64,000 nt of DNA from Halieaceae bacterium (GCA_002683335.1 NYTE01000024.1:3611-67610); one strand, 5' to 3'. Counted from the first letter of the stretch, positions 51,867 through 63,676 are shown. The notes: a model not told the origin generated them from the sequence alone. Program-made: numbers and translations.

Positions 51867-52748
51867 TTGGTGAATAGTCCTGAGCAAACCTCCCCCCCCG
51901 CGGGCGTTGAAGCGGTCCCCGCCCCGATCTCGCCACTTCCTCAGGAATCCGATTCGATGCGGCCTGAACAGGCGGAGATGCCCTTTGCAATGGTTCGCGG
52001 CGAGGCGGTCACGGAACTGCCCAAAGACCTTTATATTCCACCCCAGGCTCTGGAAGTTTTTCTGGATGCGTTTGAGGGCCCGCTAGACTTATTGCTGTAT
52101 CTCATTCGCCGACAGAATCTCGATATCCTCGATATTGATGTTGCACAGATTACTGAGCAGTACATGCGTTACGTCGAGCTGATGGATGCGATGCAGTTTG
52201 AGCTGGCGGCAGAGTATCTACTGATGGCGGCAATGCTGGCTGAGATCAAATCCAGAATGCTGTTGCCCCGTGCTGGTGACGTAGAAGATGAGGAAGAGGA
52301 TCCTCGGGCGAACTTGGTACGCCGTCTGCAGGAATATGAACGGTTCAAGAAAGCGGCAGAGGATCTCGAGGAATTGCCGAGGCTCGAGAGAGAGGTTTGG
52401 CAAGCCTCGGCGGCGCCTCCTGATCTGCACCTAGAGCGCCCACTGCCGGATATAGACATGCGGGAAGTATTGCTAGCGCTAAGCGAGGTGCTCCGCCGCG
52501 CGGAGATGTATGCCAGCCATCATATTCAGCGAGAGTCGCTCTCGACACGTGAACGTATGTCAGAAGTCCTAGAGACGCTCAAATCAGGCGGATTTGTGCC
52601 ATTCGTATCCCTTTTCCGACCTGAGGAAGGCCGTTTGGGCGTCGTGGTGACTTTCCTGGCGCTGATGGAACTGATCAAAGAATCACTGGTTGAGATTGTC
52701 CAAACTGAGGGTTTCGGCCCGATTCATATCAAAGCGAAGTCAGAATAG
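51867..52748 (+). CDS. scpA: Segregation and condensation protein A
   Basis: FEGPLDLLLYLI, AAEYL, IKSRMLLP, VVTFLALMEL. Confidence 0.96.
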   Translation: MVNSPEQTSPPAGVEAVPAPISPLPQESDSMRPEQAEMPFAMVRGEAVTELPKDLYIPPQALEVFLDAFEGPLDLLLYLIRRQNLDILDIDVAQITEQYMRYVELMDAMQFELAAEYLLMAAMLAEIKSRMLLPRAGDVEDEEEDPRANLVRRLQEYERFKKAAEDLEELPRLEREVWQASAAPPDLHLERPLPDIDMREVLLALSEVLRRAEMYASHHIQRESLSTRERMSEVLETLKSGGFVPFVSLFRPEEGRLGVVVTFLALMELIKESLVEIVQTEGFGPIHIKAKSE

Positions 52749-52759
52749 GCAGGATAAAA

Positions 52760-53431
52760 ATGGCAGAGGGATTGGTCCAGATCCTCGAAGGTGCGCTACT
52801 GGCGGCGGGGGAGCCGTTGTCAGTGCAGCGCATGGCTTTACTCTTTGAAGAGCAAGAGCGACCTAGCAACGACGAAATCCGTGCCGCGATTAAAACGGTT
52901 GGGGAAAGATGTGATGACAGGGGTTACGAGCTGGTACAAGTCGCCTCAGGTTTTCGCTTTCAGGTGCGTCAAAGTCTGTCGACCTGGGTTGGCCGCCTTT
53001 GGCAGGAGCGGCCCGCACGGTACTCCCGTGCCCTTATGGAGACCTTATCGCTCATTGCCTATCGCCAACCGATTACTCGAGGGGAAATCGAGGAGATCCG
53101 AGGCGTGGCGGTAAGCACCAACATCGTCAAAACCCTGATGGAGAGAGAGTGGGTTCGGGTAGTGGGGCATCGCGATGTGCCGGGCAGACCCGCCATGTAC
53201 GCCACGACGCGACAATTTCTCGATTATTTCAATCTCAAATCGTTAGACCAGCTACCGCCACTGGCTGAAATCAAGGAGCTTGATAATTTATCTGGGGAGC
53301 TGGCGCTTGAGTTACGTGATGCCGGACAAAACGAGCGGTCAGAGCCCGATGAGTCTGCCGAAGGTAAAGCAGTTAGTTCCGCCGAGGCGGAAGAGCGCGG
53401 GCACGATGAAGAAGACGCAGAAAAGCAATAG
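52760..53431 (+). CDS. scpB: Segregation and condensation protein B
   Basis: ETLSLIAYRQPITRGEIEEIRGV, PGRP, FLDYF. Confidence 0.97.
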   Translation: MAEGLVQILEGALLAAGEPLSVQRMALLFEEQERPSNDEIRAAIKTVGERCDDRGYELVQVASGFRFQVRQSLSTWVGRLWQERPARYSRALMETLSLIAYRQPITRGEIEEIRGVAVSTNIVKTLMEREWVRVVGHRDVPGRPAMYATTRQFLDYFNLKSLDQLPPLAEIKELDNLSGELALELRDAGQNERSEPDESAEGKAVSSAEAEERGHDEEDAEKQ

Positions 53432-54290
53432 TCGCCTCGAATCCAGTGCGGAGGATAAGGGTGAGAAGCTGCAGAAGGTGCTTGCCCGTCTTGGTCTGGG
53501 GTCGCGTCGTGAGATAGAGCGGTGGATCGAGGAAGGCCGCCTCATGATCGACGGGAAGCTTGCAGGTCTCGGCGACCGCGTGCGTGGCACTCAGGCTATT
53601 CGTCTCGACGGGAAGCCAGTGCCACTTGATGCGGCGTCGCACGTCAGGGTTTTGCTATACCACAAGCCCCTGCGAGAAGTGTGTTCGCGCCATGACCCAG
53701 AGGGCCGCAAAACGGTATTCGAAAGGCTGCCACGGCTGAAGAATGGGAGGTGGATTTCAGTGGGCCGTCTGGATTTCAATACTTCGGGCGTCTTACTGTT
53801 CACAACCGATGGTGATTTAGCGCATGCGTTGATGCACCCCTCCACCGCTATTGAGCGCGAGTACCTTGTGCGTGTCATGGGCAGGGTGGACGAAGCATTG
53901 CTCGAGCGGTTGAAGGAGGGTGTGCACCTCGATGACGGCCTCGCCCGGTTCTCTGATATTCAGGACGGAGGCGGTGACGGCATCAACCAATTCTTTTACG
54001 TCGTATTGACGGAAGGCCGTAATCGCGAAGTCAGGCGGCTCTGGGAGTCGCAGGGCTTGACGGTTTCCAGGTTAAAACGTGTTCGCTATGGCGAAGTGTT
54101 CATGCCTTCTAAGCTTAAACAAGGCAAGTGGCTGGAACTCCCCCAAAAAGATGTTGATGTGATTTATCAAATGGCCGGCTTAGCCGCCCGCGAGGTGGCG
54201 TCCGTAAGCCAAAGAGAGCAAGTTCGGCTCGAGCGTTTGGTGAGTAAGAATCCGCGCCCGCGGGGTGGTCGCAATCGCCGGTCAAGTTAA
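53406..54290 (+). CDS. rluB: 23S rRNA pseudouridine synthase B
   Basis: EKLQKVLARLGLGSRRE S4 domain, GRLDFNTSG, EGRNREVRR; start ATG 53406. Confidence 0.93.
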   Translation: MKKTQKSNSRLESSAEDKGEKLQKVLARLGLGSRREIERWIEEGRLMIDGKLAGLGDRVRGTQAIRLDGKPVPLDAASHVRVLLYHKPLREVCSRHDPEGRKTVFERLPRLKNGRWISVGRLDFNTSGVLLFTTDGDLAHALMHPSTAIEREYLVRVMGRVDEALLERLKEGVHLDDGLARFSDIQDGGGDGINQFFYVVLTEGRNREVRRLWESQGLTVSRLKRVRYGEVFMPSKLKQGKWLELPQKDVDVIYQMAGLAAREVASVSQREQVRLERLVSKNPRPRGGRNRRSS

Positions 54291-55042
54291 CCTTGCGCAC
54301 TCAGTGCTTTACCGTGGATCGAAGCGCTGGCGTCACTAAGGAGATAAATCCACTTATCTGTTAGCGCTTCGGGTAGGGGGTTGCTGTCGGGCGGTTCGCC
54401 CGGGTAAGCAGCTCGCCGCATTCTGGTATTCACGGCACCCGGATTCAAGCTGTTTACTCGTATGTGGGAGGTGCCACCCAGTTCATCGGCCAACACCTGC
54501 ATATACCCTTCTGTGGCAAATTTCGACACGGCATAGGCGCCCCAAAAGGCTTTGCCCCGTCGTCCAACTCCTGAACTGGTGAGCACGATCGAAGCGAGGG
54601 AGGCACGTTCCAACAGAGGCATCAGTGCACGGGTGAGGAGAAAGGTGGCAGTGATGTTGACTTGAAGCACCTCCTGCCAACTCTCTGGAGAGGTTTGTGA
54701 TAGTGCGCGCCGCTCCCCGAGCACACCTGCGTTGTGCACCAGCCCGTCAATGGCCAAGCCCTCAGCGAGAAGTGTCTCCGCCAGCTCATCGTAAGGCTCG
54801 TGTTGCGTTATCCTGAGATCAAGTGGAATCAGTCCCGGTGTTCTCCCGCCCTCATTTAGGATGGTGTCATAGACGGATTCCAGCGCCGCTTCATTTCGGC
54901 CGGTAAGTAATACTTCTGCGCCTAGGCGCGCGCAAGCTAACGCAACGGCTCGGCCGATGCCCTCTGTGGCGCCGGTGATGAGAATCGTTTTATTTTTCAA
55001 CTCATCTTGGGCTGGGCGCCAATTCGGTGGCAGTCCGCTCAC
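54287..55042 (-). CDS. yciK: YciK-family short-chain oxidoreductase
   Basis: TGATEGIG, HNAG, YAVSK, MRRAAYPGE. Confidence 0.9.
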   Translation of the reverse strand: MSGLPPNWRPAQDELKNKTILITGATEGIGRAVALACARLGAEVLLTGRNEAALESVYDTILNEGGRTPGLIPLDLRITQHEPYDELAETLLAEGLAIDGLVHNAGVLGERRALSQTSPESWQEVLQVNITATFLLTRALMPLLERASLASIVLTSSGVGRRGKAFWGAYAVSKFATEGYMQVLADELGGTSHIRVNSLNPGAVNTRMRRAAYPGEPPDSNPLPEALTDKWIYLLSDASASIHGKALSAQG

Positions 55043-55713
55043 ACTAGTAGGTCCTCGATGAGGGTTCGCAGTTCCAAACTCGATGCTGCAATCGCGTCAG
55101 CCCCCCAATCCTGGGCGGACTCGCCATCGGCGAGATAGCCGTAACTCGCCGCGATGGTTTGACATCCGGAGGCAATGCCTGCATCGATATCTCTTCGGTG
55201 GTCTCCTATGAAAATCGTATCGGAAACACTGCACTGCAATTTCTCACAGGCCAGTAGCAGTGATTCCGGATCAGGCTTGGGTCGGACGACATCGTCGGGC
55301 GTCAGCACGATCTCCGCACTTGGGGTAAATGACATGAGTGTCATCAAAGGCACCGCAAAGCGGGCTAGTTTGTTGGTGACTATCCCCCACGGTACGCCAT
55401 GAGACCCAAGCGAGGATATGAGTTCTCGCATGCCGGGGTAGGGCTTGCTGAGCGCCCCCAGACCCGATTCATAGTGGTCGAGAAAACGTTGCCGCCAAAA
55501 TTCAAAGGAGGGATCTGACGCGGAAATCTCTAGTGCGGCCTGAACCATACCTATTGCCCCATCAGAAACGCTTTGCCAGATAGTTTGTGTGTCCATAACG
55601 GGCAATGCGGCTTCTCGCCGCAACTCGGCGGCAATATGGACAAACTCCGGTGCGGTATTGATCAATGTGCCATCCAAATCAAACAGCACCGCCCGTGGGC
55701 GGGAGAGGATCAT
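55039..55713 (-). CDS. mupP: HAD phosphatase, probable MurNAc-6-phosphate phosphatase (MupP/Gph-like)
   Basis: FDLDGTL, VTNK, KPDP, GDHRRDI; ubiG-HAD-yciK order as in Pseudomonas. Confidence 0.78.
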   Translation of the reverse strand: MILSRPRAVLFDLDGTLINTAPEFVHIAAELRREAALPVMDTQTIWQSVSDGAIGMVQAALEISASDPSFEFWRQRFLDHYESGLGALSKPYPGMRELISSLGSHGVPWGIVTNKLARFAVPLMTLMSFTPSAEIVLTPDDVVRPKPDPESLLLACEKLQCSVSDTIFIGDHRRDIDAGIASGCQTIAASYGYLADGESAQDWGADAIAASSLELRTLIEDLLV

Positions 55714-56417
55714 GGTTTGCGCGCTCTGATCAGATAATTGACGGAGACATCGTCTGTTGTGAGCCGATAATGCTTGCTGATTGGATTATAGGTCATCCCC
55801 GTCATTTCCAACATCTCGAGACCCGCGTCGCGGATCCACTTTGCCAACTCGGAGGGTTTGATGAGTTTGGCATACTCGTGGGTGCCGCGAGGAAGCAGAT
55901 TCAACACATATTCGGCCCCGACGATTGCAAACAGAAACGCCTTAGGATTGCGGTTAATGGTTGAAAAAAAGAGATCGCCCCCGGGTCGACATAAGTCCGC
56001 GCAGGCGCTGACGACGGTGGAGGGGTCGGGTACATGCTCAAGCATTTCAAGACAGGTGACCACATCAAATTCGCCCGCTCTTTTTTCGGCAAAGGATTCA
56101 GCAGTGCTGCGTTCGTAACTGACTTCTATACCGCTTTCTAATTGATGCAGGCGAGCCACCGACAACGGCGCTTCGCCCATATCGATGCCGGTCACGTGGG
56201 CGCCGCGATGCACCAGTGCTTCAGACAACAAACCGCCGCCGCAGCCAACATCTAGTACCGATTTTCCCCTGACTTCGGCTAAATCGTCGATCCAATTCGC
56301 GCGCAATGGATTGATGTCATGGAGGGGCTTGAACTCGCTGTTGGGATCCCACCAGCGGGATGCAAGTTTCTCGAATTTAGCGATCTCATCCAGATCGACA
56401 TTATTCTCGGTGGTCAT
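55710..56417 (-). CDS. ubiG: Ubiquinone biosynthesis O-methyltransferase
   Basis: WWDPNSEFKPLHDINPLR, LDVGCGGG, CLEMLEHVPDP. Confidence 0.98.
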   Translation of the reverse strand: MTTENNVDLDEIAKFEKLASRWWDPNSEFKPLHDINPLRANWIDDLAEVRGKSVLDVGCGGGLLSEALVHRGAHVTGIDMGEAPLSVARLHQLESGIEVSYERSTAESFAEKRAGEFDVVTCLEMLEHVPDPSTVVSACADLCRPGGDLFFSTINRNPKAFLFAIVGAEYVLNLLPRGTHEYAKLIKPSELAKWIRDAGLEMLEMTGMTYNPISKHYRLTTDDVSVNYLIRARKP

Positions 56418-56421
56418 ACTG

Positions 56422-57753
56422 TTAATGCTCCAAGGAAGATCGCACAGCGGCGAGTTGGCTTGACCAGTTCATAGCGCGATGAGTGACGTCATTGTAGTCA
56501 AGTGTTTGGAGTCGACCATTACTCATGATCAATCGACCGCCTATCCAGCTCCATAGCACTTCGCTGCCATTATTCGCGTATACAAGGTTAGACGCTACAT
56601 TACTCTGGGGCAGTTGATGCGATCCGGAAACATCCACGGCGATCAGATCGGCTAACTTACCAATTTCAATACTGCCCAGTTGGTTTGCCTTTCCGAGCGC
56701 TCGAGCGCCTGACAGAGTGGCCATTTCAAGCACGGTCCATGCATTAAGCGCCTGAGGGTCGCCGTGTTGGACTTTGCCGATGAGTGACGCTGTTTGTGCC
56801 TCGGCCAACATACTGAGTCGGTTATTGCTAGCCGCGCCATCGGTTCCCAGTGCGACGTTGATGCCGTGATCCAACAATCTCTGCACTGGACTGATGCCCG
56901 ACGCCAGCTTTAGATTGGATCGCGGGCAGTGCACTACATGTGCGCCGTGCATTGCAAGGGTTTCTATATCCTGTTCGCCTATCGCGTTCATGTGAACACA
57001 GTGCGTCCTGGGACTTAGTAGCCCCAATTTTTGCAGCAGATCGATCGGTCTAAGACCGCATCGCTCAACCGAGCTCAATACTTCCTCTTTGGTCTCTTGA
57101 AGATGAATGTGAACAGGGGCATCCAGTTCTTCCGCCAGCATGGCGATTTTATTCAATATCGCTTCACTGACTCCGTAGGTGGAGTGGGGGCCGAAGCCTA
57201 TTTCTATGCGGTCATGATCACGATATCGATCACGCAGTTGCAGACCTCGGTTAATGCAGGCGTCCGCATCGCGAGCCCATGCGGTTTCCATGTCGATAAT
57301 CGGGAAATTCAGCAGGGCACGCAGCCCTGCGCTGTCGCACTGTTCGGCCGTGATCTCGGGAAAAAAGTAATTGTCTACCAAAGTTGTTGTGCCGCCCTTT
57401 AATAGTTCTGCGATAGCCAGATCGGAGCCGTCCCGGACAAATGCCGGGTTGAGCACCTGCTGCTCGGTTGGCCAGATATAGTGCTGCAGCCAGGACATGA
57501 GGGGCATGTCATCGGCATACCCTCGGAATAGCGACATTGCGGCGTGACAATGAAGGTTGATAAGGCCTGGCATTAGCACGCAGCCTGCGAGATCGATATG
57601 CTGCTCTGCGGCAGCTTCGTCGGCCTTAGATCGAGGCATAATGGCAGCGATGCTATGGTCTTTTAGCGCCACGCTATGTGCTTCAAGCACCTGACCCCGC
57701 GGAATAATGGGCACCACAAAATCAGGATGCAGGACGGTATCGTACTGAGACAT
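56422..57753 (-). CDS. mtaD: TRZ/ATZ amidohydrolase, probable MTA/SAH/5'-deoxyadenosine deaminase
   Basis: PGLINLHCH, HIHLQET, HCPRSNLKLASG, LGTDGAASNN; start MSQYD (57753) with SD AAGGAG. Confidence 0.8.
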   Translation of the reverse strand: MSQYDTVLHPDFVVPIIPRGQVLEAHSVALKDHSIAAIMPRSKADEAAAEQHIDLAGCVLMPGLINLHCHAAMSLFRGYADDMPLMSWLQHYIWPTEQQVLNPAFVRDGSDLAIAELLKGGTTTLVDNYFFPEITAEQCDSAGLRALLNFPIIDMETAWARDADACINRGLQLRDRYRDHDRIEIGFGPHSTYGVSEAILNKIAMLAEELDAPVHIHLQETKEEVLSSVERCGLRPIDLLQKLGLLSPRTHCVHMNAIGEQDIETLAMHGAHVVHCPRSNLKLASGISPVQRLLDHGINVALGTDGAASNNRLSMLAEAQTASLIGKVQHGDPQALNAWTVLEMATLSGARALGKANQLGSIEIGKLADLIAVDVSGSHQLPQSNVASNLVYANNGSEVLWSWIGGRLIMSNGRLQTLDYNDVTHRAMNWSSQLAAVRSSLEH

Positions 57754-57844
57754 ATGTGCTCCTTTTCGCCACACAGTATACCGTGATGTCCCTCTGCGGA
57801 TTGCCGAAAACTGCGCCGCCAGACTCGCTCGTTCGGGTGTTGTT

Positions 57845-57853
57845 TGGTACACT
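57845..57853 (+). promoter_or_regulatory. Possible extended -10 promoter for gyrA
   Basis: TGG-TACACT about 60 nt upstream of gyrA; no clear -35. Confidence 0.3.
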
Positions 57854-57913
57854 GCGTCTTTGTTGTTTTGGGCCCTTAAAAGCCCAATCAAGACGCTGAG
57901 CTAAGTAGCCCTA

Positions 57914-60562
57914 ATGGCAGAAAATCCGCAGGAAATGGCCCGGGAAATCCTCCCGGTCAACATTGAAGACGAGCTGAAACAGTCCTACATGGATTACGCG
58001 ATGAGCGTGATTGTAGGGCGGGCCTTGCCTGACGTGCGGGACGGACTGAAACCCGTGCATCGTAGGGTGTTGTTCGCCATGAACGAGCTCAATAACGACT
58101 GGAATAAGGCCTACAAAAAGTCTGCTCGTGTCGTGGGTGATGTAATCGGTAAGTATCATCCCCACGGAGACTCTGCCGTCTACGACACTATCGTCCGGAT
58201 GGCCCAGGATTTTTCATTACGCTACATGCTGGTGGACGGACAGGGTAACTTTGGCTCCATCGATGGCGATTCCGCGGCGGCCATGCGCTACACGGAAATT
58301 CGCATGTCCAAAATCGCACATTCGTTGCTCGCGGATCTCGATAAAGAGACGGTCGATTTTGTCGACAATTACGACGGCACGGAACGTATACCTGCCGTTA
58401 TGCCAACGCGAGTTCCCAATTTACTGGTTAACGGTTCGTCGGGTATCGCCGTGGGGATGGCCACCAATATTCCTCCGCACAATTTGCGAGAGGTCGTGGC
58501 AGGGTGCCTTGCGACATTGCAAAACCCAGACATCTCAATTGATGAGCTGATGCAGTACATTCCCGGGCCAGATTTCCCTACGGGGGCGCAGATCAACGGG
58601 CGAGCGGGCATTGTGCAGGCCTATCGCACTGGCCGAGGCCGGATTTACGTGCGCGCAAAAGCGGAGGTTGTTACCGATGACGCCAGAGGGAAAGAGTCGA
58701 TCATTATCCATGAGATCCCCTATCAGCTGAATAAAGCGAGGCTCATAGAGCGGATTGCCGAATTGGTTAAGGACAAGAAGCTTGAGGGCATTACCGAGTT
58801 GCGTGACGAGTCTGACAAGGACGGGTTGCGGGTAGTGATTGAATTGCGTCGTGGCGAGGTTGGAGAAGTTGTTCTGAACAACCTTTACGCCCAGACCCAG
58901 CTGCAATCCGTGGTCGGTATCAATATGGTGGCACTGGTTGATGGCGAGCCGAAGGTGCTGAACCTCAAGCAGATGGTCGATGCCTTTATCCGGCATCGCC
59001 GCGAGATCGTCACGCGACGAACCGCCTATTTACTTCGTAAAGCGCGCGAGCGGGGGCACGTACTTGAGGGTCTGGCAATTGCTCTTGCCAACATCGATGA
59101 AGTCATCGAGTTGATCAAAGCGTCGCCGACGGCAGCTGACGCACGTGAGGGCTTAATGGCACGATCCTGGGCCCCAGGCGAGGTTATGGCGATGTTGGAG
59201 CGCGCGGGCGCTGATGCCTGTCGTCCCGACGAACTACCAGAGCAGTATGGGGTGCTTGAGGGCCAGTATCATCTCTCCCCCGCACAGGCTCAGGCAATTC
59301 TTGATCTTCGGTTGCATCGCCTGACAGGGCTCGAGCACGAGAAGCTCTTGCAAGAATATGCCGACAAGATCGCCGAGATCGCGGGCTATCTGGATATTCT
59401 CGGTGATCCGGATCGGCTCACGCAGGTGATTCGCGAAGAACTCGAAGCGCTGGTAGAGGAGTTCGGTGACGAGCGAAGAACGCAGATTTCGGATTCGGCA
59501 CACGACTTGACGGTCGAGGACCTCATTACTGAGGAAGACAGAGTCGTCACCATATCCCATGGAGGCTATGCCAAAACCCAGTCGCTGACCGATTATCAGG
59601 CACAGCGTCGCGGTGGTACAGGAAAGAGCGCAACAGCCGTCAAGGATGAGGACTTTATCGAGCACCTGCTGATTGCCAGTACCCATGCCACGATCTTGTG
59701 TTTTTCAAACCTGGGTAAAGTTTACTGGCTCAAGGTCTTCCACATTCCTCTGGCAAGCCGTAGTGCTCGTGGTCGTCCGATGGTCAACTTGCTGCCGCTC
59801 GATGAGGGGGAGCGGATTACGTCGATTCTGCCCATTGAGGGTTATGAGACAGATCACTTTATTTTCATGGCAACCAGCAATGGCACGGTCAAGAAAACCG
59901 ACATGAGTCTGTTTTCCCGGCAGCGCAGTGTGGGCCTGCGGGCCATTGAATTGGATGAGGGCGATGTGCTGATCGGTACAGCCGTGACCGACGGCACTCA
60001 GGACATCATGCTGTTTTCCAGCGAGGGGAAGGTTGTTCGCTTCCCCGAATCGGTGGTCAGAGCGATGGGACGAACAGCCCGCGGTGTTAGAGGCATCCGC
60101 CTGGGTGATGGACACCGTTTGATATCCCTCTTGGTACCTCAATTGGGCAGTAAGATTCTGACTGTCAGCGAGAATGGCTACGGCAAGCGATCTGAGACTA
60201 CCGAGTTTCCGGTCAAGGGGCGCGGGACCAAGGGTGTGATCGGCATGACAACATCTTCTCGCAACGGGCCTTTAGTGGGTGCCGAGCAGGTATGGGACGG
60301 GGATGAGATCATGTTGATCTCGAATCAGGGAACCGCTGTGCGAACCCGCATCGAAGAGGTCGGCGTTCAAGGCAGGAATACCCAAGGGGTGAGAGTTATT
60401 CGCACCCGGGATGGTGAAGCGCTGGTGAGTGTGAGTCGTATTGCCGAGGACGATATCGAAACGAGCGCCCGCACTGATTTGGATACGGGTGATTCTGGGC
60501 CCATGGTGAGCAGCATGGCTGAGGACACCGCCACTGAAGGTGAAGAGGGCGCCGACGAGTGA
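57914..60562 (+). CDS. gyrA: DNA gyrase subunit A
   Basis: [34 protein letters not shown], GyrA-box QRRGGTG. Confidence 0.99.
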   Translation: MAENPQEMAREILPVNIEDELKQSYMDYAMSVIVGRALPDVRDGLKPVHRRVLFAMNELNNDWNKAYKKSARVVGDVIGKYHPHGDSAVYDTIVRMAQDFSLRYMLVDGQGNFGSIDGDSAAAMRYTEIRMSKIAHSLLADLDKETVDFVDNYDGTERIPAVMPTRVPNLLVNGSSGIAVGMATNIPPHNLREVVAGCLATLQNPDISIDELMQYIPGPDFPTGAQINGRAGIVQAYRTGRGRIYVRAKAEVVTDDARGKESIIIHEIPYQLNKARLIERIAELVKDKKLEGITELRDESDKDGLRVVIELRRGEVGEVVLNNLYAQTQLQSVVGINMVALVDGEPKVLNLKQMVDAFIRHRREIVTRRTAYLLRKARERGHVLEGLAIALANIDEVIELIKASPTAADAREGLMARSWAPGEVMAMLERAGADACRPDELPEQYGVLEGQYHLSPAQAQAILDLRLHRLTGLEHEKLLQEYADKIAEIAGYLDILGDPDRLTQVIREELEALVEEFGDERRTQISDSAHDLTVEDLITEEDRVVTISHGGYAKTQSLTDYQAQRRGGTGKSATAVKDEDFIEHLLIASTHATILCFSNLGKVYWLKVFHIPLASRSARGRPMVNLLPLDEGERITSILPIEGYETDHFIFMATSNGTVKKTDMSLFSRQRSVGLRAIELDEGDVLIGTAVTDGTQDIMLFSSEGKVVRFPESVVRAMGRTARGVRGIRLGDGHRLISLLVPQLGSKILTVSENGYGKRSETTEFPVKGRGTKGVIGMTTSSRNGPLVGAEQVWDGDEIMLISNQGTAVRTRIEEVGVQGRNTQGVRVIRTRDGEALVSVSRIAEDDIETSARTDLDTGDSGPMVSSMAEDTATEGEEGADE

Positions 60563-61638
60563 GTCGCAGGCACAATTTTTGTGCCGGACCGGCCGCACTA
60601 CCTTTACCCGTACTCAATCGAGCGAGAGATGAATTGCTCGAGTGGGCGGGGGTGGGCGCCTCGGTCATGGAGGTTAGCCACCGCAGCGGTGAATTTGTTG
60701 CCGTAGCCGAGGCAGCGGAAGCGTCTCTCAGGCGACTCCTCAACATTTCAGACGATTATGCAGTGTTGTTTTTGCAAGGCGGCGCATCCACTCAGTTTGC
60801 CGCAGTGCCACTTAATTTGAGTCAACCGGGCCAAAGTGTCGATCAGGTCGTCACCGGCCAATGGTCAAAAAAAGCGCTGCAAGAAGGGCGACGATTTGCA
60901 GATGTCCGCGTGGCGGCGAATTCGGCGGAGCAGAACTTTTTTGTTGTGCCACCACAAGACGTTTGGCAAACGCACGCCGATTCGGCGTACCTTCATTACT
61001 GTCCCAATGAAACCATTGGAGGTCTCGAGTTTGGTTTTGTCCCTGAAGTCTCGACGCCTTTGGTTGCGGATATGTCGTCGACCATTTTATCGAGGCCTCT
61101 GGATGTTGATCGATTCGGTGTGATCTATGCCGGCGCGCAGAAGAATATTGGCCCCGCGGGATTGTGCCTTGCCATTGTGAGAAGAGATCTTCTCGGACGC
61201 AGTCGCGAGGAGACGCCGGCGATGTTGGATTGGCAGGTTGCCGCAGACAACGACTCGATGTACAACACCCCTCCGACCTTTGCGATTTATCTTGCCGGAC
61301 TGGTTTTTGAATGGCTCGAGGAGCTGGGTGGATTAAATGAGATGGCCGCGACTAATCAAAAAAAGGCGTCGACGTTGTATGGTGTCATCGACGGGAGTGA
61401 CTTTTATCATAACCCTGTAGAGCGCCAGAGCCGGTCGCTGATGAATGTGCCCTTTACCCTCGTCGATGCCGCGCTAGACGCCGCGTTTTTAAAAGGCGCA
61501 GAAGCGGCTGACTTGCTTAACCTAAAAGGCCATCGATCTGTCGGCGGAATGCGCGCGAGCTTGTACAATGCGGTGGAGCAGACCTCGGTAGAGGTTCTGT
61601 GTGATTTTATGAAGGATTTCGAGCGACGCTACGGCTAG
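60559..61638 (+). CDS. serC: Phosphoserine aminotransferase
   Basis: [35 protein letters not shown]. Confidence 0.98.
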   Translation: MSRRHNFCAGPAALPLPVLNRARDELLEWAGVGASVMEVSHRSGEFVAVAEAAEASLRRLLNISDDYAVLFLQGGASTQFAAVPLNLSQPGQSVDQVVTGQWSKKALQEGRRFADVRVAANSAEQNFFVVPPQDVWQTHADSAYLHYCPNETIGGLEFGFVPEVSTPLVADMSSTILSRPLDVDRFGVIYAGAQKNIGPAGLCLAIVRRDLLGRSREETPAMLDWQVAADNDSMYNTPPTFAIYLAGLVFEWLEELGGLNEMAATNQKKASTLYGVIDGSDFYHNPVERQSRSLMNVPFTLVDAALDAAFLKGAEAADLLNLKGHRSVGGMRASLYNAVEQTSVEVLCDFMKDFERRYG

Positions 61639-61661
61639 CCCGGCTAGCGAGGGCAGTTTCC

Positions 61662-62777
61662 ATGGATTCTGATCAGCAACTCAACCACATCAGACAGCGT
61701 ATCGACGACATTGATCTGCGAATTTTGGAGCTGATCAGTGAGCGGGCTCGTTGTGCTCAGCAGGTGGCGGAGGTGAAGCTTCTGGCATTACAGTCGGATG
61801 AGGACACGCCCCTGTTCTACCGCCCTGAGCGGGAGGCACAAGTACTGAGATCGATTCAGGAGCGAAATCCTGGACCCTTGGCAAGTGATCAGGTGGCGGC
61901 GATTTTCAGAGAGCTGATGTCGGGATGTTTGGCGCTCGAGCAACCGCTTTCGGTTGCCTTTTTGGGGCCAGAGGGTACTTATTCTCAGGCAGCTGCGCTG
62001 AAACATTTTGGTCAGTCTGCGGTGCCTCAGGGTCAGTCCAGTATTCACAAGGTTTTTCGTCAGGTCGAAGAGAGGCAGTGTGATTACGGAGTTGTACCAG
62101 TTGAGAACTCGACGGAAGGCATGGTTGGCCAGACTTTGGATTGTTTTTTAGAATCGCCTCTGCAGATTACGGGTGAAATAGAGTTGCCCGTGGTTCATCA
62201 CTTGCTCGTCGGTGACCACGATTTAGTCAGCGACATTGAGCTTGACGATGTGAGGCTTGTGATTGGCCATGAACAAGCGCTGGGTCAGTGTCGCCAATGG
62301 CTTGATAGTCACTTGCCCGACGTGCCCAGGGAAGCGGTTGCGAGTAATGGTGAGGCCGCTCGGCGAGCGGGAAATGAGCAGGGCATAGCAGCAATTGCAG
62401 GGGAGCTGGCACTGAAGCAGTACAGCCTTGTACCGCTCGCAAGCACCATTCAGGACAGCAGTAGCAATACCACTCGATTCTTGGTGTTGGGCAGAGAGAG
62501 TGTGCCGCCCAGTGGCTATGACAAGAGCTCCTTGTTGGTTTCTGCGCGCAATCGTCCCGGGGCTTTGCTGGGTCTGTTGCGGCCCTTTGAGGAGAAGGGC
62601 GTAAGTCTGACTCGAATTGATTCCCGTCCATCCAAAACAGAAAAATGGACGTACGTTTTTTATATTGAGTGCGAGGGCCACCTAGTAGATCCCGTGATGG
62701 CCGAGGTGATCGCCGAGATTGAAGAGCATTCCATCATGCTTAAAAAGCTGGGTTCATACCCCCGGGCGCCGATTTGA
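61662..62777 (+). CDS. pheA: Chorismate mutase/prephenate dehydratase
   Basis: RQRIDDID, YRPERE, LGPEGTYS, PVENSTEG, NTTRF, C-terminal ACT domain. Confidence 0.96.
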   Translation: MDSDQQLNHIRQRIDDIDLRILELISERARCAQQVAEVKLLALQSDEDTPLFYRPEREAQVLRSIQERNPGPLASDQVAAIFRELMSGCLALEQPLSVAFLGPEGTYSQAAALKHFGQSAVPQGQSSIHKVFRQVEERQCDYGVVPVENSTEGMVGQTLDCFLESPLQITGEIELPVVHHLLVGDHDLVSDIELDDVRLVIGHEQALGQCRQWLDSHLPDVPREAVASNGEAARRAGNEQGIAAIAGELALKQYSLVPLASTIQDSSSNTTRFLVLGRESVPPSGYDKSSLLVSARNRPGALLGLLRPFEEKGVSLTRIDSRPSKTEKWTYVFYIECEGHLVDPVMAEVIAEIEEHSIMLKKLGSYPRAPI

Positions 62778-63676
62778 ATTCTTCCCCGGTTCACGACTGG
62801 ACAGTCGCTTTTCTGGGGCTCGGGCTGATCTCTGGGTCGCTGGCAGGCGCGCTCAAAGCTGCGGGTTGGCGCGGGCAAATTTTGGGGTGGGGGCCTCGAG
62901 CGCCCTCTCTGGAGAAGGGTCGAGCGCTGGGGTTGATCGATCAATTTTCCCTGGATCTTGATGAGGTCCTCTCGGACGCCGATATGGTGGTCATTGGCGC
63001 ACCCCCCATAGCGACTGCGCAGCTGCTGCCCGAAGTGATTGGCAAAGCGGTTTACTATGGGAGTCCGGTTGTGACCGACATGGCCAGCGTCAAAGGTTTT
63101 ATCGTAGATAGTGCAAAGTATGACTATCCCGGATTTGTCCCCGGCCATCCGATCGCGGGGAGCGAGCACAGTGGTGTAGAGGCGGCGAGGGCGGATTTGT
63201 TTAAGGGTCGAGAGGTCATTCTTACCCCTTTGCCACATTCGGATGAGAAGGCGCTCGTGGCGGTAGAGAAAATGTGGACGTCTGTTGGAGCGAGGATTGC
63301 CCACATGTCTGTGGCCGATCATGACGCCGCTTTGGCTGCCAGTAGCCATCTGCCACATATGATGGCCTATGCCTTGACCGCCATGTTGGATGATCATGAG
63401 TTGGGTCCTATGGCGCACGGCGGAGGTGCGCTGAGGGATATGACCCGCATTGCGGCGTCTGATCCGGTGATGTGGCGAGATATTGCCCTGACTAATCAAG
63501 AAGCCTTGTTGAATGCAATGGATGCATTGGCGGACGAGCACGGTCGATTGCGCTCGCTGATTGAGGCGGGTGATGGCGAAGCGATGGAGCAGTTTTTTCT
63601 CCGGTGTCGGCAGTTGCGTCGTGACAACGACAGAATCTTGAATCCTCTCACTCACACCGACGAGGCTCAGGTCTGA
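62774..63676 (+). CDS. tyrA: Prephenate/arogenate (cyclohexadienyl) dehydrogenase
   Basis: [34 protein letters not shown]. Confidence 0.92.
   Translation: MNSSPVHDWTVAFLGLGLISGSLAGALKAAGWRGQILGWGPRAPSLEKGRALGLIDQFSLDLDEVLSDADMVVIGAPPIATAQLLPEVIGKAVYYGSPVVTDMASVKGFIVDSAKYDYPGFVPGHPIAGSEHSGVEAARADLFKGREVILTPLPHSDEKALVAVEKMWTSVGARIAHMSVADHDAALAASSHLPHMMAYALTAMLDDHELGPMAHGGGALRDMTRIAASDPVMWRDIALTNQEALLNAMDALADEHGRLRSLIEAGDGEAMEQFFLRCRQLRRDNDRILNPLTHTDEAQV

Noticed and set aside
58150-58190. Quinolone-resistance substitution in gyrA
   Set aside because: [10 protein letters not shown] retains the Ser83 and Asp87 equivalents
62660-63655. 331-aa antisense ORF opposite tyrA
   Set aside because: Shadow ORF of a well-supported gene; no motifs
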